Source: an uncultured Woeseia sp. (lineage in GTDB: Bacteria > Pseudomonadota > Gammaproteobacteria > Steroidobacterales > UBA11654). Taken from it: DNA of 64,000 bases. Shown piece by piece: positions 47,421-56,578 of this stretch. The stretch lies in assembly GCA_964629335.1 (NCBI GenBank), contig CAZVRH010000001.1, positions 14,788 through 78,787 on the forward strand, written 5' to 3'. Every line of letters begins with the position of its first letter. Position 1 is the first letter of the stretch. The notes under the pieces were generated by a model, which saw only the letters and a program-made list of their open reading frames with translations, was not told the DNA's origin and searched no databases. The translations under genes were made by a program, and so were the position numbers.

Positions 47421-48619
47421 TCGGTTCTCAAAGCTTCAATGGGATCAAGTTGGGCTGCCGATCTTGCCGGAAGATAGCCAGCAACCAACCCGATAAATAG
47501 TGAAATCAGAATTGCATAGAGGATATATTCCCAAGCAATTGCAATTGGCATATCTGGATACACGGTAAGGGCTAAATTAACCGCTAGAAATCCTATAGAT
47601 AAACCTAAGATTGCACCTAAGATCGCTAGAAAAATAGATTCCAACAAGAACACATCTTGGATTCTTCTTCTGGATGCTCCGATCGCTCTTAACACCCCTA
47701 TCTCAGACGTTCTCTCATTCACTGCAACCGTCATAATTGTAAAGATGCCTACTCCTCCAACTAAAAGTGAGATGCCCCCAAAAGCAGCAACGGTAAATTT
47801 TAGCCATTTCATAATTTCATCCAAAGACTCTAACATGTCTGCTTGCGTGGTAATGGTTGTGTCGTCACCGCCGTGACGACTAATTAATAATCGTTTTACG
47901 GAAGCCACGGCTTCATCGGCAGTAACGTTATCTTTATGAATCACATCAATTTCTTGAAAGCCATTTCTATTAAACATTGTGTTAAATTTAGCAATCGGAA
48001 TATAAACAGCATCATCAAGATCCATACCTAAAAAATCACCCTTTGAAGGCAGCACGCCTATGACACGGAATCGAGTCGAATTCACGCGAATAGTTAATCC
48101 CAATGGATTTTTTTCACCAAATAATTCTTCTTTCATTTTTGGACCTAAAACTACATACGATCTCGGTGTCTTGGGGTTATCATCAGGAAGATATTCACCA
48201 ACCATTTTGCCTTCTGAGCCAACAATAATATCGTAGTCGGAGCCTGTGCCTACAACCATCGATCGTCGCATCCGAGTGTCGCTTTCAATTTCGCCACTAC
48301 CACCAGACACAGGAACCACGACGTCAATAGTCGAGAGCCTTTCGAGCGCTTCTGCGTCTTCAAACGATAACGGTCTTACCGTTCCAAAGACACCTATCGG
48401 TGCTCCCATTGTTTGTTCTTTTCCAGGTTGAATAGCAATAATGTTGCTACCGAATTGAGTAAATTGTGAGACGATGTAGTCTTGTAAGCCTTGGCCTAAG
48501 CTGGTTAAAAAAATTACACACACAACTCCCACAGCAATCCCAAGAGAAGTGAGAAAACTCCTCATTTTCTGAGAAATCACTGAATAGGATGAGAAAATAA
48601 AAATGTCTTTAATCTTCAT
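47417..48619 (-). CDS. ABC transporter permease, MacB/FtsX type (subunit 2)
   Basis: 400 aa. Has TM1, a large periplasmic domain and 3 C-terminal TM (FtsX) segments. It ends with a LPARSAAQLDPIEALR-like motif. Confidence 0.88.
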   Translation of the reverse strand: MKIKDIFIFSSYSVISQKMRSFLTSLGIAVGVVCVIFLTSLGQGLQDYIVSQFTQFGSNIIAIQPGKEQTMGAPIGVFGTVRPLSFEDAEALERLSTIDVVVPVSGGSGEIESDTRMRRSMVVGTGSDYDIIVGSEGKMVGEYLPDDNPKTPRSYVVLGPKMKEELFGEKNPLGLTIRVNSTRFRVIGVLPSKGDFLGMDLDDAVYIPIAKFNTMFNRNGFQEIDVIHKDNVTADEAVASVKRLLISRHGGDDTTITTQADMLESLDEIMKWLKFTVAAFGGISLLVGGVGIFTIMTVAVNERTSEIGVLRAIGASRRRIQDVFLLESIFLAILGAILGLSIGFLAVNLALTVYPDMPIAIAWEYILYAILISLFIGLVAGYLPARSAAQLDPIEALRTD

Positions 48620-48620
48620 G

Positions 48621-49835
48621 TCATTTGTTCCCAGACAACGCTATCACCGGATCAAGCTTAGCGGCCCTTCTCGCGGGCAGTAAGCCAAAAACAACGCCTG
48701 AAACTAAAGCCACAAAAAGAGAAACAAACGATGCCCACAGTGGAGGCAGAAAATTAAAAGTAGGAAAAGCTACTTTTAGAATCTGAGTAACAGTGTGCCC
48801 CAAAACTAATCCCAATATTGCTCCTGATCCAGATAAAATAATTGCCTCGGTAATAAATAAGTGGTTTATCTGGTTATTTTTAGCCCCGATGGCTTTCAGT
48901 AAACCAATTTCTGCTTGTCGTTGTGATACAGCAACCAACATCACATTCATAATAAGAATACCAGCTACAAATAAGCTGATGGAAGCAATAGAACCCAAAG
49001 CCATGGTTAAAACATTAAAGATGTTATCAAAAGACTTCATGACTGCATCTTGTCTGATTACAGTAATATCCTCCTTGCCCTGATGCCGTTTTTTGATAAT
49101 TCTTATGATGTCTTTTTTAATCTGCTCCATCTCCCAAGTGCTTCTGGCTTCAATCCCAATTCTAAATAATGAAGGCCGGTTAAATAAGGCAGTGGCTAGA
49201 CTAACTGGCATTACAACTACCTTTTGAGCATCAATGCCTACAGCTCTTCCTTCTGTGCCAATAATACCGGTAACACGACATCGTCTATCCCCGACTCTCA
49301 GCCATTGACCAATAGCTTTGTTTTTACCAAACAGCTCAGACTCTACTTCCTTGCCAATTACACAAACTGGGGGTGAACGATCCAATGTGACTCCTGGCAG
49401 AAAATTACCAGATGCCATTTCCCATTTTCTAACTGCTAAAAAAGAAGGGGTCGAACCGATTATCGGTACCGTTCGTTCTAAACCATTGAATTGAGCAGGG
49501 GTTTCACCAATGACAATGGGTGCGATATTTTTGATTGCCTCAATTTGTCTTAAACTAATAGCGTCTTCAATCGTCAGGTCTCTTGGTGCAACACCGGCTA
49601 AATCCACGGGTGAAGATCCTCCTGAAGTTTCATTTTTGCCGGGCATAACAATCAGTAGATTGGTGCCCATATCTCTAAATTCACCCGTGATATAATCCCG
49701 AGCACCTTCGCCTACTGCGGTTAATAGAATGACAGCCATCACTCCGATGGAAGTTGCAATAAGTAACATGAGCGTCCTCAATGGATATCGAACCAGGGTG
49801 CTAAAGGCTAAAAATATAAGATCATAAAAACGCAT
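48621..49835 (-). CDS. ABC transporter permease, MacB/FtsX type (subunit 1)
   Basis: 404 aa, a paralogue of the downstream permease. Ends with LPARRAAKLDPVIALS. Confidence 0.88.
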   Translation of the reverse strand: MRFYDLIFLAFSTLVRYPLRTLMLLIATSIGVMAVILLTAVGEGARDYITGEFRDMGTNLLIVMPGKNETSGGSSPVDLAGVAPRDLTIEDAISLRQIEAIKNIAPIVIGETPAQFNGLERTVPIIGSTPSFLAVRKWEMASGNFLPGVTLDRSPPVCVIGKEVESELFGKNKAIGQWLRVGDRRCRVTGIIGTEGRAVGIDAQKVVVMPVSLATALFNRPSLFRIGIEARSTWEMEQIKKDIIRIIKKRHQGKEDITVIRQDAVMKSFDNIFNVLTMALGSIASISLFVAGILIMNVMLVAVSQRQAEIGLLKAIGAKNNQINHLFITEAIILSGSGAILGLVLGHTVTQILKVAFPTFNFLPPLWASFVSLFVALVSGVVFGLLPARRAAKLDPVIALSGNK

Positions 49836-49837
49836 AG

Positions 49838-50512
49838 TTAGTTCTTTTTATCGTTAATAATTTTACCGTCTAGGAGCTCAATTAATCGATCTGAACGTGC
49901 TCCCATCTCTGCATCATGAGTAACCACCACAAGAGTTAACCCACCTTGATTGAGTTCTTCTATTAATCTGATAATTTCTTTACTCGAGGCTGAATCTAGA
50001 TTTCCAGTGGGTTCATCCGCCAATAATACATCGGGCTCCATAACAATGGATCTGGCTATAGCAACACGCTGCCTTTGACCTCCAGAAAGCTGTTCTGGTC
50101 GATGATCTGATCTATCGGTTAAACTCACTCTAGCCAATGCATTGTCCACCTTTTCCTGTCTTTCTTTAGGGCTTAATCCTGACAAAACCATTGGCATTTC
50201 AACATTTTCTGCAGCGGTTAATCTGGGAATTAAATGAAACGATTGAAAAACAAACCCTATTTTTGTAGATCGAATATGAGCCATTTCATCATCATTCATC
50301 TTCGATGTATTAATTCCGGATAAAATATAATCCCCAGAGGTTGGGGTATCTAACAACCCCAGGATGTTCAATAGTGTCGATTTCCCAGAGCCAGACACAC
50401 CCATGATTGACACATATTCTTTTTGATTGATGACTAAGTCAACTTCGTCTAAGGCACGAACTATCTGGTTGCCCACTTCAAAATGTCGGCATAAATTATC
50501 TAGGCTAATCAT
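49838..50512 (-). CDS. ABC transporter ATP-binding protein (MacB/LolD-like)
   Basis: 224 aa. Has Walker A GVSGSGKST, the signature LSGGQRQR and Walker B LLADEPT. Confidence 0.93.
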   Translation of the reverse strand: MISLDNLCRHFEVGNQIVRALDEVDLVINQKEYVSIMGVSGSGKSTLLNILGLLDTPTSGDYILSGINTSKMNDDEMAHIRSTKIGFVFQSFHLIPRLTAAENVEMPMVLSGLSPKERQEKVDNALARVSLTDRSDHRPEQLSGGQRQRVAIARSIVMEPDVLLADEPTGNLDSASSKEIIRLIEELNQGGLTLVVVTHDAEMGARSDRLIELLDGKIINDKKN

Positions 50513-50526
50513 TGATCAATGATATC

Positions 50527-51684
50527 TTATCCGATTTCTATCTCGACAGAGTTAGTCTCACTGACATCGTCCTGGTCTTGGTCTTTTTTTGTTTCTTCAA
50601 TATTGACTTTAACGCCGTCTTCAAGTCCTTTCCTGTCAATGGATAGAACAATTTGATCATCAATGCTAAGACCGCTTAATACTTCGGTAAGCTGCCAATT
50701 CGAAAGACCAACTTCAATTTCTTTTGCAGAGATAGTTCCATCTGAATTAATAAGATAAACAGAGTTACCGCTCATTACTGCCTGAGAGGGAATACTCAAG
50801 GTTTCTTCAGATGTATCAATGACAATTGTAATATCAGCACTATAACCAGGAAGGAGAAATTCTTGAGGATTATCAAAAACAGCTTCAATTTCAACCGTTC
50901 TTGCCTGTTTTTCCAAATCAAGAACATAGGGAGCAACTCGTCTTACTGTTGATGGAAATTCTTTTTGTCCAAAAGCATCCATAGTAATTCTTGATTTCAA
51001 ACCAGCAACCACTTCGGGGGCGTCGATTTCATCAATCGGAGCTTTGATATAAATACAGGTGTTATCTATGAGGTCTAGAGTTGGTTTGGTGGCAACACCC
51101 ACGGGTGAGGGTGTAACGTATTCGCCCAATTCACCTTCAATTTCAGCCACAATCCCACCGAATGGTGCAATCAGTTGGGTCCTCTCTAGTGAAGCCTTAG
51201 AAACCTCCACTTGTGCTTTTGCAGCATTGCATGCAGCGAGCCCAGACTCAGCATTGGTCACTGCTGCTTCTTTGGCTTCCTCTGAAGCAAGCCCTTTAGC
51301 AAACAGTTCATTGGTTCTATCGGCATCTCGTTGGGCTTTAGCAGAAATGATACAGGTCTGCTCAGCGCTTCTCTCAGCAGCTTTGACTCTCGCCTTGGTT
51401 TCTTTATTCCAGAGTTCTAAGAGTATCTGATCTTTTTCAACCATATCCCCTTCTTCCACTGCCAGTGTTGCAATCTGCCCTCCCATGGCAGGTGACATTT
51501 TTGATCGTCTACAGGCATCAATCGTCCCAGCTCTAGTGTTGGAGACTGTTTGTTCTACGGTTTTAATTTCTGGTTTAACAGCAAGCACTTTGATTGCCTC
51601 TTCAGCTCCGTCGTAAAAGAAGCTTGAAACAACCAAGAGCAGAATAACAACTGCTATAATTTTTTTGTTTCTGTCGATCTTCAT
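50527..51684 (-). CDS. efflux periplasmic adaptor (membrane fusion protein, HlyD/MacA family)
   Basis: 385 aa. Has an N-terminal anchor, a lipoyl-like half, a coiled-coil hairpin and a beta-barrel pattern (APFGGIVAEI...). Confidence 0.85.
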   Translation of the reverse strand: MKIDRNKKIIAVVILLLVVSSFFYDGAEEAIKVLAVKPEIKTVEQTVSNTRAGTIDACRRSKMSPAMGGQIATLAVEEGDMVEKDQILLELWNKETKARVKAAERSAEQTCIISAKAQRDADRTNELFAKGLASEEAKEAAVTNAESGLAACNAAKAQVEVSKASLERTQLIAPFGGIVAEIEGELGEYVTPSPVGVATKPTLDLIDNTCIYIKAPIDEIDAPEVVAGLKSRITMDAFGQKEFPSTVRRVAPYVLDLEKQARTVEIEAVFDNPQEFLLPGYSADITIVIDTSEETLSIPSQAVMSGNSVYLINSDGTISAKEIEVGLSNWQLTEVLSGLSIDDQIVLSIDRKGLEDGVKVNIEETKKDQDQDDVSETNSVEIEIG

Positions 51685-51831
51685 AAATAATTTCGAACAA
51701 TTGTATACACTTCAGGAAAGAAAGCCATTCTAAGATACAATTAGTTACACCAAAAGAGCATAAAGCTAAACCTCATTGTTTCTTCATAATCTAGTGATAT
51801 ATTCTCCTTATACCCTTAAAAGGATTTGTTT

Positions 51832-52278
51832 ATGAAATATTTATCTATAATCTCGAAAAATATTTTTACTGCTTGGTTCTCCTTCTATATTGGTATTAGA
51901 GTCTATATAGTTTTCTCTCTTTTCATTATTTCTATTTCTGGCTGTGTCGTTAATAGTTCTAGCTCAATACTTGAAGGCTCAAAACCTATTATCGATACCA
52001 AAGGTGTAAATATGTCGCAGTATGAAATTGATCTTGAAGAATGCTCAAGCTTTTCTGAAGATATATCAACGGGAAAAAGTATTGCTAAAGGGGCTGCAAC
52101 GGGTGCAGCTGTTGGTGCAGTCATAGAAGCCATCACTGAGGATGCAAGGTCAAGGCGAGATGCCATAGAAGTCGGTGCTGTAACCGGCGGAGCAAAATCA
52201 GGCATCAGAGCGGTTAGAGAAAAAGAACAAATTCTAAAACGTTGTTTAAGAGGACGCGGATATAAAGTTCTAAACTAA
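51832..52278 (+). CDS. lipoprotein with glycine-zipper motif
   Basis: AAAGGA SD before the ATG at 51832 (track start is TTG 51826). Lipobox ISISGC and glycine zipper GAATGAAVGAVIEA...GAVTGGA. Confidence 0.65.
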   Translation: MKYLSIISKNIFTAWFSFYIGIRVYIVFSLFIISISGCVVNSSSSILEGSKPIIDTKGVNMSQYEIDLEECSSFSEDISTGKSIAKGAATGAAVGAVIEAITEDARSRRDAIEVGAVTGGAKSGIRAVREKEQILKRCLRGRGYKVLN

Positions 52279-52887
52279 TTACGTGGATGGATTAAAAGCA
52301 ACACCGCAACCGCCGTGTCCACAATACCCGTCGGGGTTTTTTGCTAAATACTGCTGGTGATAATCTTCTGCATAATAAAAGGTTTGAGTCTGCAGAACTT
52401 CTGTGACAATCCTGCCATAACCAGCATCCGTTAAACTGGATTGATATTGTTCTTTTGATGTTTCAATCAATTCAAGCGTTCTTTGGTCAGGGTAAAAAAC
52501 TGCTGAGCGATATTGGCTTCCAACATCACTACCCTGCCTCATATACTGTGTTGGATCGTGCCCTTCCCAAAACACTTTTAGTAATTTCTCTGTAGAAATC
52601 TGCTCAGGTTGATAAACAACTGAAACAACCTCTGCATGACCTGTGGTACCAGAGCATACCTCGCGATAAGTTGGCTTATCCTTGGTTCCACCACTGTAGC
52701 CAACGCTGGTGATATGCACACCTTCCAATTGCCAGAATACTTTTTCAGGTCCCCAAAAACATCCCATGCCCACTATTAATTCTAAACAGCCATCGGGAAA
52801 GGGAGCGTGCATATTATTCCCGTTTACAAAATGTGTTTTTGAGATTTCCATCTTTGAATTTTTATTATCACTTTGTCGTAAAAACAA
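52279..52887 (-). CDS. msrA: peptide-methionine (S)-S-oxide reductase MsrA (TTG 52887 or ATG 52851 start)
   Basis: Has the GMGCFWG active site, GYSGG, HAEVV, and C-terminal YHQQYLAKNPDGYCG. Confidence 0.93.
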   Translation of the reverse strand: MFLRQSDNKNSKMEISKTHFVNGNNMHAPFPDGCLELIVGMGCFWGPEKVFWQLEGVHITSVGYSGGTKDKPTYREVCSGTTGHAEVVSVVYQPEQISTEKLLKVFWEGHDPTQYMRQGSDVGSQYRSAVFYPDQRTLELIETSKEQYQSSLTDAGYGRIVTEVLQTQTFYYAEDYHQQYLAKNPDGYCGHGGCGVAFNPST

Positions 52888-52950
52888 ACAAATATGATAA
52901 ATTAATAATTAACTAACTTAAAGCTAATCAAGGAATGAGAAGAAAATACA

Positions 52951-54312
52951 ATGCATAGAACTGCGGTTTATTTGACAGGACTCATAATTGTTGTCTCATT
53001 CTTGATTCCGGTTGGATCAAACGATATAGATTCAACTGAGAAACTGAAAGAAAGAAAAAATTTCCAGCAGGATTTCCTAGAGCTGTATGATGCTGAGCGA
53101 TTTCAGCAAAGTATCCTACCAGCCAAACAAGTTGTTTCTCTCACTGAAGAAATCTATGGTGAGAAAAGCTTTAAACTGATAACGCCTCTTAATAATCTTG
53201 CAAGTGCCTACTTCATGATTGAGGATTTTGAAAATGCCCAATCTTTATTCCTCAAATGTATTGACTTAATTGAAGTCAATCAAAATATTATTTCCCCAGA
53301 ATTAATAGAACCCCTGTATGGTTTCGGTTTAACCCTGAATCGATTTGGACAATACGAGGAAGCCATTGATATTCTGGAACGAGCTCTCAGAATTAATCAT
53401 GTCAATCAAGGGTTCCACAATCTCGCTCAACTCAAAATTCATGACACATTGACTGAAAGCTTCATTGGTACTAAGGATTTTAAACAAGCCAATCACCACC
53501 AAACGTTTCAAGTTTATGTGCACAAACAACACCACGGAGTAAACAATTCAAATGTGGATGAGTCCCTTATAAAATTGGCTAATTGGTATAAACGAACTGG
53601 CCAAGTTTTTCTGGAAAGAGAAATTCATAATGAACTCTTGAAGAGGCGTGAACTTCAAGATTCTGCAGACATCAAAGCCCTTATTGAAACATATAAAAAT
53701 ATTTCTTTTTCTCATCGTAGAGAAGCCATTGATCTATATAAAAGTTTAAACCCACTCAAAAAAGCTTTGGAAGTTATCGAATCAACAGAGAATCCAGATT
53801 TAAGAATGAAGTTCGAGGTGTTGTTAGATTTGGGAGATACTTACACCAGTTTTGGAAGAGTTCAATCCGGTGTAAAAGCTTACAAAGACTGTTGGGCCAT
53901 TATTGAAGAAGATGAAAACATGAAGGATCTTATTACAGAACGCTTCTCACAACCTGTGAAGGTTCGTAACATTTTAATTCCTAACACCTATCCAGTCCCA
54001 GAAAATATAGATGAAAACAATTCTTATCAAAAAGGCTATATTTCTCTGCGTTATGACATTGGAATTGATGGCAAGACAGAGAATATTAATATTATAGAAG
54101 CGGACCCAAAAGATTTGATTGATCGAGTTGCCGTATCAGTCATCAAAAACACAATTTATAGGCCTGTATATATTGATGCTGAAGCTCAAGAATCAACAGG
54201 GATTAACTTTAGACATGAATACAACTACCCCGCTCAAGATGAGTCAGAGAAGAAACCTCAAAACACACCTGAAAATATAGAAGACAAACCCTTAGAAAAT
54301 CCGATTGCTTAA
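52951..54312 (+). CDS. membrane-anchored TPR-repeat protein with TonB C-terminal-like domain
   Basis: 453 aa. Has an N-terminal TM and TPR-like helical repeats (LNNLASAYFMIEDFENAQSLF..., YGFGLTLNRFGQYEEAIDILERAL). The C-terminal segment YISLRYDIGIDGKTENINIIEA...AVSVIKNTIYRP resembles TonB_C. Confidence 0.6.
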   Translation: MHRTAVYLTGLIIVVSFLIPVGSNDIDSTEKLKERKNFQQDFLELYDAERFQQSILPAKQVVSLTEEIYGEKSFKLITPLNNLASAYFMIEDFENAQSLFLKCIDLIEVNQNIISPELIEPLYGFGLTLNRFGQYEEAIDILERALRINHVNQGFHNLAQLKIHDTLTESFIGTKDFKQANHHQTFQVYVHKQHHGVNNSNVDESLIKLANWYKRTGQVFLEREIHNELLKRRELQDSADIKALIETYKNISFSHRREAIDLYKSLNPLKKALEVIESTENPDLRMKFEVLLDLGDTYTSFGRVQSGVKAYKDCWAIIEEDENMKDLITERFSQPVKVRNILIPNTYPVPENIDENNSYQKGYISLRYDIGIDGKTENINIIEADPKDLIDRVAVSVIKNTIYRPVYIDAEAQESTGINFRHEYNYPAQDESEKKPQNTPENIEDKPLENPIA

Positions 54313-54316
54313 ATTT

Positions 54317-55477
54317 TTAACCGTCTCTTAACTTGCCAGAAGCGCTGGATCCGATGAAGATTATGAGGTAAATCAATCCCACCACGGCCATAAACCAACC
54401 AAACGCATTGTGGCCAAACAAATCCATTGCAGCACCTACAACCGGAGGCCCTAATATCTCCCCTAAAGATAGAAAAAAGATAAAACTAGCATTAGCAGAA
54501 GCTAAAACCTTTCCTTTAAATTGCTGTCCAAGCAAGGTGAGGCCTAGTGAGTAGAAACTCATGATTGACCCACCGATAATGAAGAGAAATAAAAATCGCA
54601 TAACAGGAACTTCAAAAATGACTGGCAAAATAGCCAAAGTAATAACACTTACGCTTGAAATATAAATCATTAGTCTAGTTTTATCGTATCGATCAGCCAT
54701 CCAGCCTACAACAAGTGGCAATGTTAATTCTCCACTTGCTAACCAAGCAACTGTCCTTGATGATTGGGCATAATCTTCTTGCACGTAAGGAAGAGCAAAA
54801 ATAGGCAATAAAGCTGCGGTTGCTGCATACAAAAAACCCATAACCCAACTAGATCCCATCAGACCTGGTGCTGTGACCAAGTATCTATAAAAGGAAATAT
54901 CTTCCACTACATCAAAATCTGGCAAATCCTCCATATTCCATAGTGGCACTGCGGCGATGAGAGCAATACCAGCAGACACAAAAAACCCAGCACCGCTTTC
55001 AACCGGAAGCAATGAGGAGACCAAAACCCCCACGATAAGGCCCAAAGAAATCAATGAAGAATAAACGGCAATGATCTTGCCTCGATGCTGATCCTCGGCA
55101 AAGGCATTAATCCACACTTCACTTAATAACCAAATTCCTGTGGCTGCAACACCAATGATAAATCTGAGAACAAACCAGAGATAAATGTTTTGAAAAATAG
55201 GCAAGAACACAATAGTTATGGGTAAAACCATTAAACAAAACCTCATGATTTGCATTTGCCCAAAGCGGTTGATCAGTTTGGAAAAGAAAGGAGTAATAAT
55301 CACGGTTGCCAGACCGGTCATAGATGCTGCAAAACCAATCACCGAAGTTGACGTGCCCCAGGTTTTAAGGGTCAATGAACTTAAAGGAAGATTGATACCG
55401 ATCATCACACCCACCAGCGTGATAGCTAGCATTACTTTTGCAAGGTTCTTTAATCTGTTCGGATTACTCATATTCAT
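54317..55477 (-). CDS. MFS transporter (YcaD-like, 12 TM)
   Basis: 386 aa. Has MFS loop motifs SKLINRFGQMQIM and GWMADRYDKTRLM, plus WFVLRFIIGVAATGIW..SE as in YcaD-type permeases. Confidence 0.85.
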   Translation of the reverse strand: MNMSNPNRLKNLAKVMLAITLVGVMIGINLPLSSLTLKTWGTSTSVIGFAASMTGLATVIITPFFSKLINRFGQMQIMRFCLMVLPITIVFLPIFQNIYLWFVLRFIIGVAATGIWLLSEVWINAFAEDQHRGKIIAVYSSLISLGLIVGVLVSSLLPVESGAGFFVSAGIALIAAVPLWNMEDLPDFDVVEDISFYRYLVTAPGLMGSSWVMGFLYAATAALLPIFALPYVQEDYAQSSRTVAWLASGELTLPLVVGWMADRYDKTRLMIYISSVSVITLAILPVIFEVPVMRFLFLFIIGGSIMSFYSLGLTLLGQQFKGKVLASANASFIFFLSLGEILGPPVVGAAMDLFGHNAFGWFMAVVGLIYLIIFIGSSASGKLRDG

Positions 55478-55481
55478 GAGC

Positions 55482-56483
55482 TCATTGAGCTTGAAATTCT
55501 TGTTTTCCTGCGTTAATTAAATCAACCAATTCATTTGACCGTCCCCCGATCTGGTTAGCCAATCGTTGCACTTGACCTTGGGTTGCGTCTTTCCATAATT
55601 TCCGTTGATCTTTGCTTAACTCATAAACTGTAATGCCCATTTTTTCTGCATTAGATAAATCTGATTCAGCTTCAGCTCTTAATGAACGCCTGGATTCTTT
55701 TGCTTCTGGCCAAGCTTGTTTTATTATCTTTTGTTGCTCAGAACTTAGCTCATCCCACCAAGCTTTTCTTGCCACCATAATGGACATTCCAAGAGAATGC
55801 TGGGTTAACGTGTAATGAGGGGCTTCTTGTTCTTTTCCACTTTTAACGTAAAGAGCGACTGAATTATCACCTGCTTCAATTAAACCGGTTTGCAATGATT
55901 GAACTATTTCACCGTAACCCATTGGAAACAGATCAGCACCAATGGCTTCTGCAAAATAGCGAGAACTTAAGCTTGCAGACACTCTATAACGCGTTCCCTT
56001 TGCATCTGCAGGTGTCAGGATGGGTTCTTTTGCATAAACATTGTGGAATCCTATCTCACTCCAGGCAACAAATTGCAATCCCTTCTCTGCCAATAATTCT
56101 GTAAAAATAGAGGTTAAATAATTATCGTATATAAAATCAGCCTCTGCAGCAGAATCAAACAGATAAGGTGCGTACAATAATGCAGCTTCGGGAACTAGTG
56201 TGGACACAATAATTGCTGACAGATTAGCAAATTGAACTCTATTTCTTCTCAAACCAGAAACCAAATTCTCCTCAGAGCCCAACTGTCCATAGACCAGCAG
56301 CTTGGTTTCCATTTCTGGTATGCCTAGATTAACGCCCTGCTCAAAGTCTAGGAAATGCTGCTCGCCAACGGTGTTGGGTATGCCCGTTCCTCCGACTGTC
56401 ATGGATAAAGAATTCTTTTCACGGTTAGCATCGCATCCGGTGATAACAATGATTAAAGCAAGTAAAAGAGATTTGTAATTCAT
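55482..56483 (-). CDS. DctP-family (TRAP-type) solute-binding protein, lipoprotein
   Basis: 333 aa. Lipobox VITG|C with Asp at +2. DctP-like core: LVYGQLGSEENLVSGLRRNRVQFANLS..., GFHNVYAKEPILTPADAKGTRYRV, and EIVQSLQTGLIEAGDNS. Confidence 0.8.
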   Translation of the reverse strand: MNYKSLLLALIIVITGCDANREKNSLSMTVGGTGIPNTVGEQHFLDFEQGVNLGIPEMETKLLVYGQLGSEENLVSGLRRNRVQFANLSAIIVSTLVPEAALLYAPYLFDSAAEADFIYDNYLTSIFTELLAEKGLQFVAWSEIGFHNVYAKEPILTPADAKGTRYRVSASLSSRYFAEAIGADLFPMGYGEIVQSLQTGLIEAGDNSVALYVKSGKEQEAPHYTLTQHSLGMSIMVARKAWWDELSSEQQKIIKQAWPEAKESRRSLRAEAESDLSNAEKMGITVYELSKDQRKLWKDATQGQVQRLANQIGGRSNELVDLINAGKQEFQAQ

Positions 56484-56578
56484 AGTTAGCCTCAGTAGGA
56501 ATCCAACATTGTCTCATTTGACTAGGTTGGCGTCCATCCACGAATCCGTTAAGATACGCATATATTTATTAAGGTTTT

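Noticed and set aside
51699-51742. 8-bp inverted repeat AATTGTAT-N28-ATACAATT upstream of the MFP/ABC operon, considered as an independent regulatory feature.
   Set aside because: The arms are short and AT-rich with a long spacer, the flanks do not extend the symmetry, and no regulator is nearby. It is mentioned only within the ABC finding.
52907-52921. AATTAACT-AACTTAA motif in the msrA/TPR intergenic region, resembling the TTAATTAACT boxes at 456-478. It was considered as a shared regulon signal.
   Set aside because: Only 7-8 AT-rich bases are shared and the box arrangement differs. Without genome-wide counts this cannot be distinguished from background.
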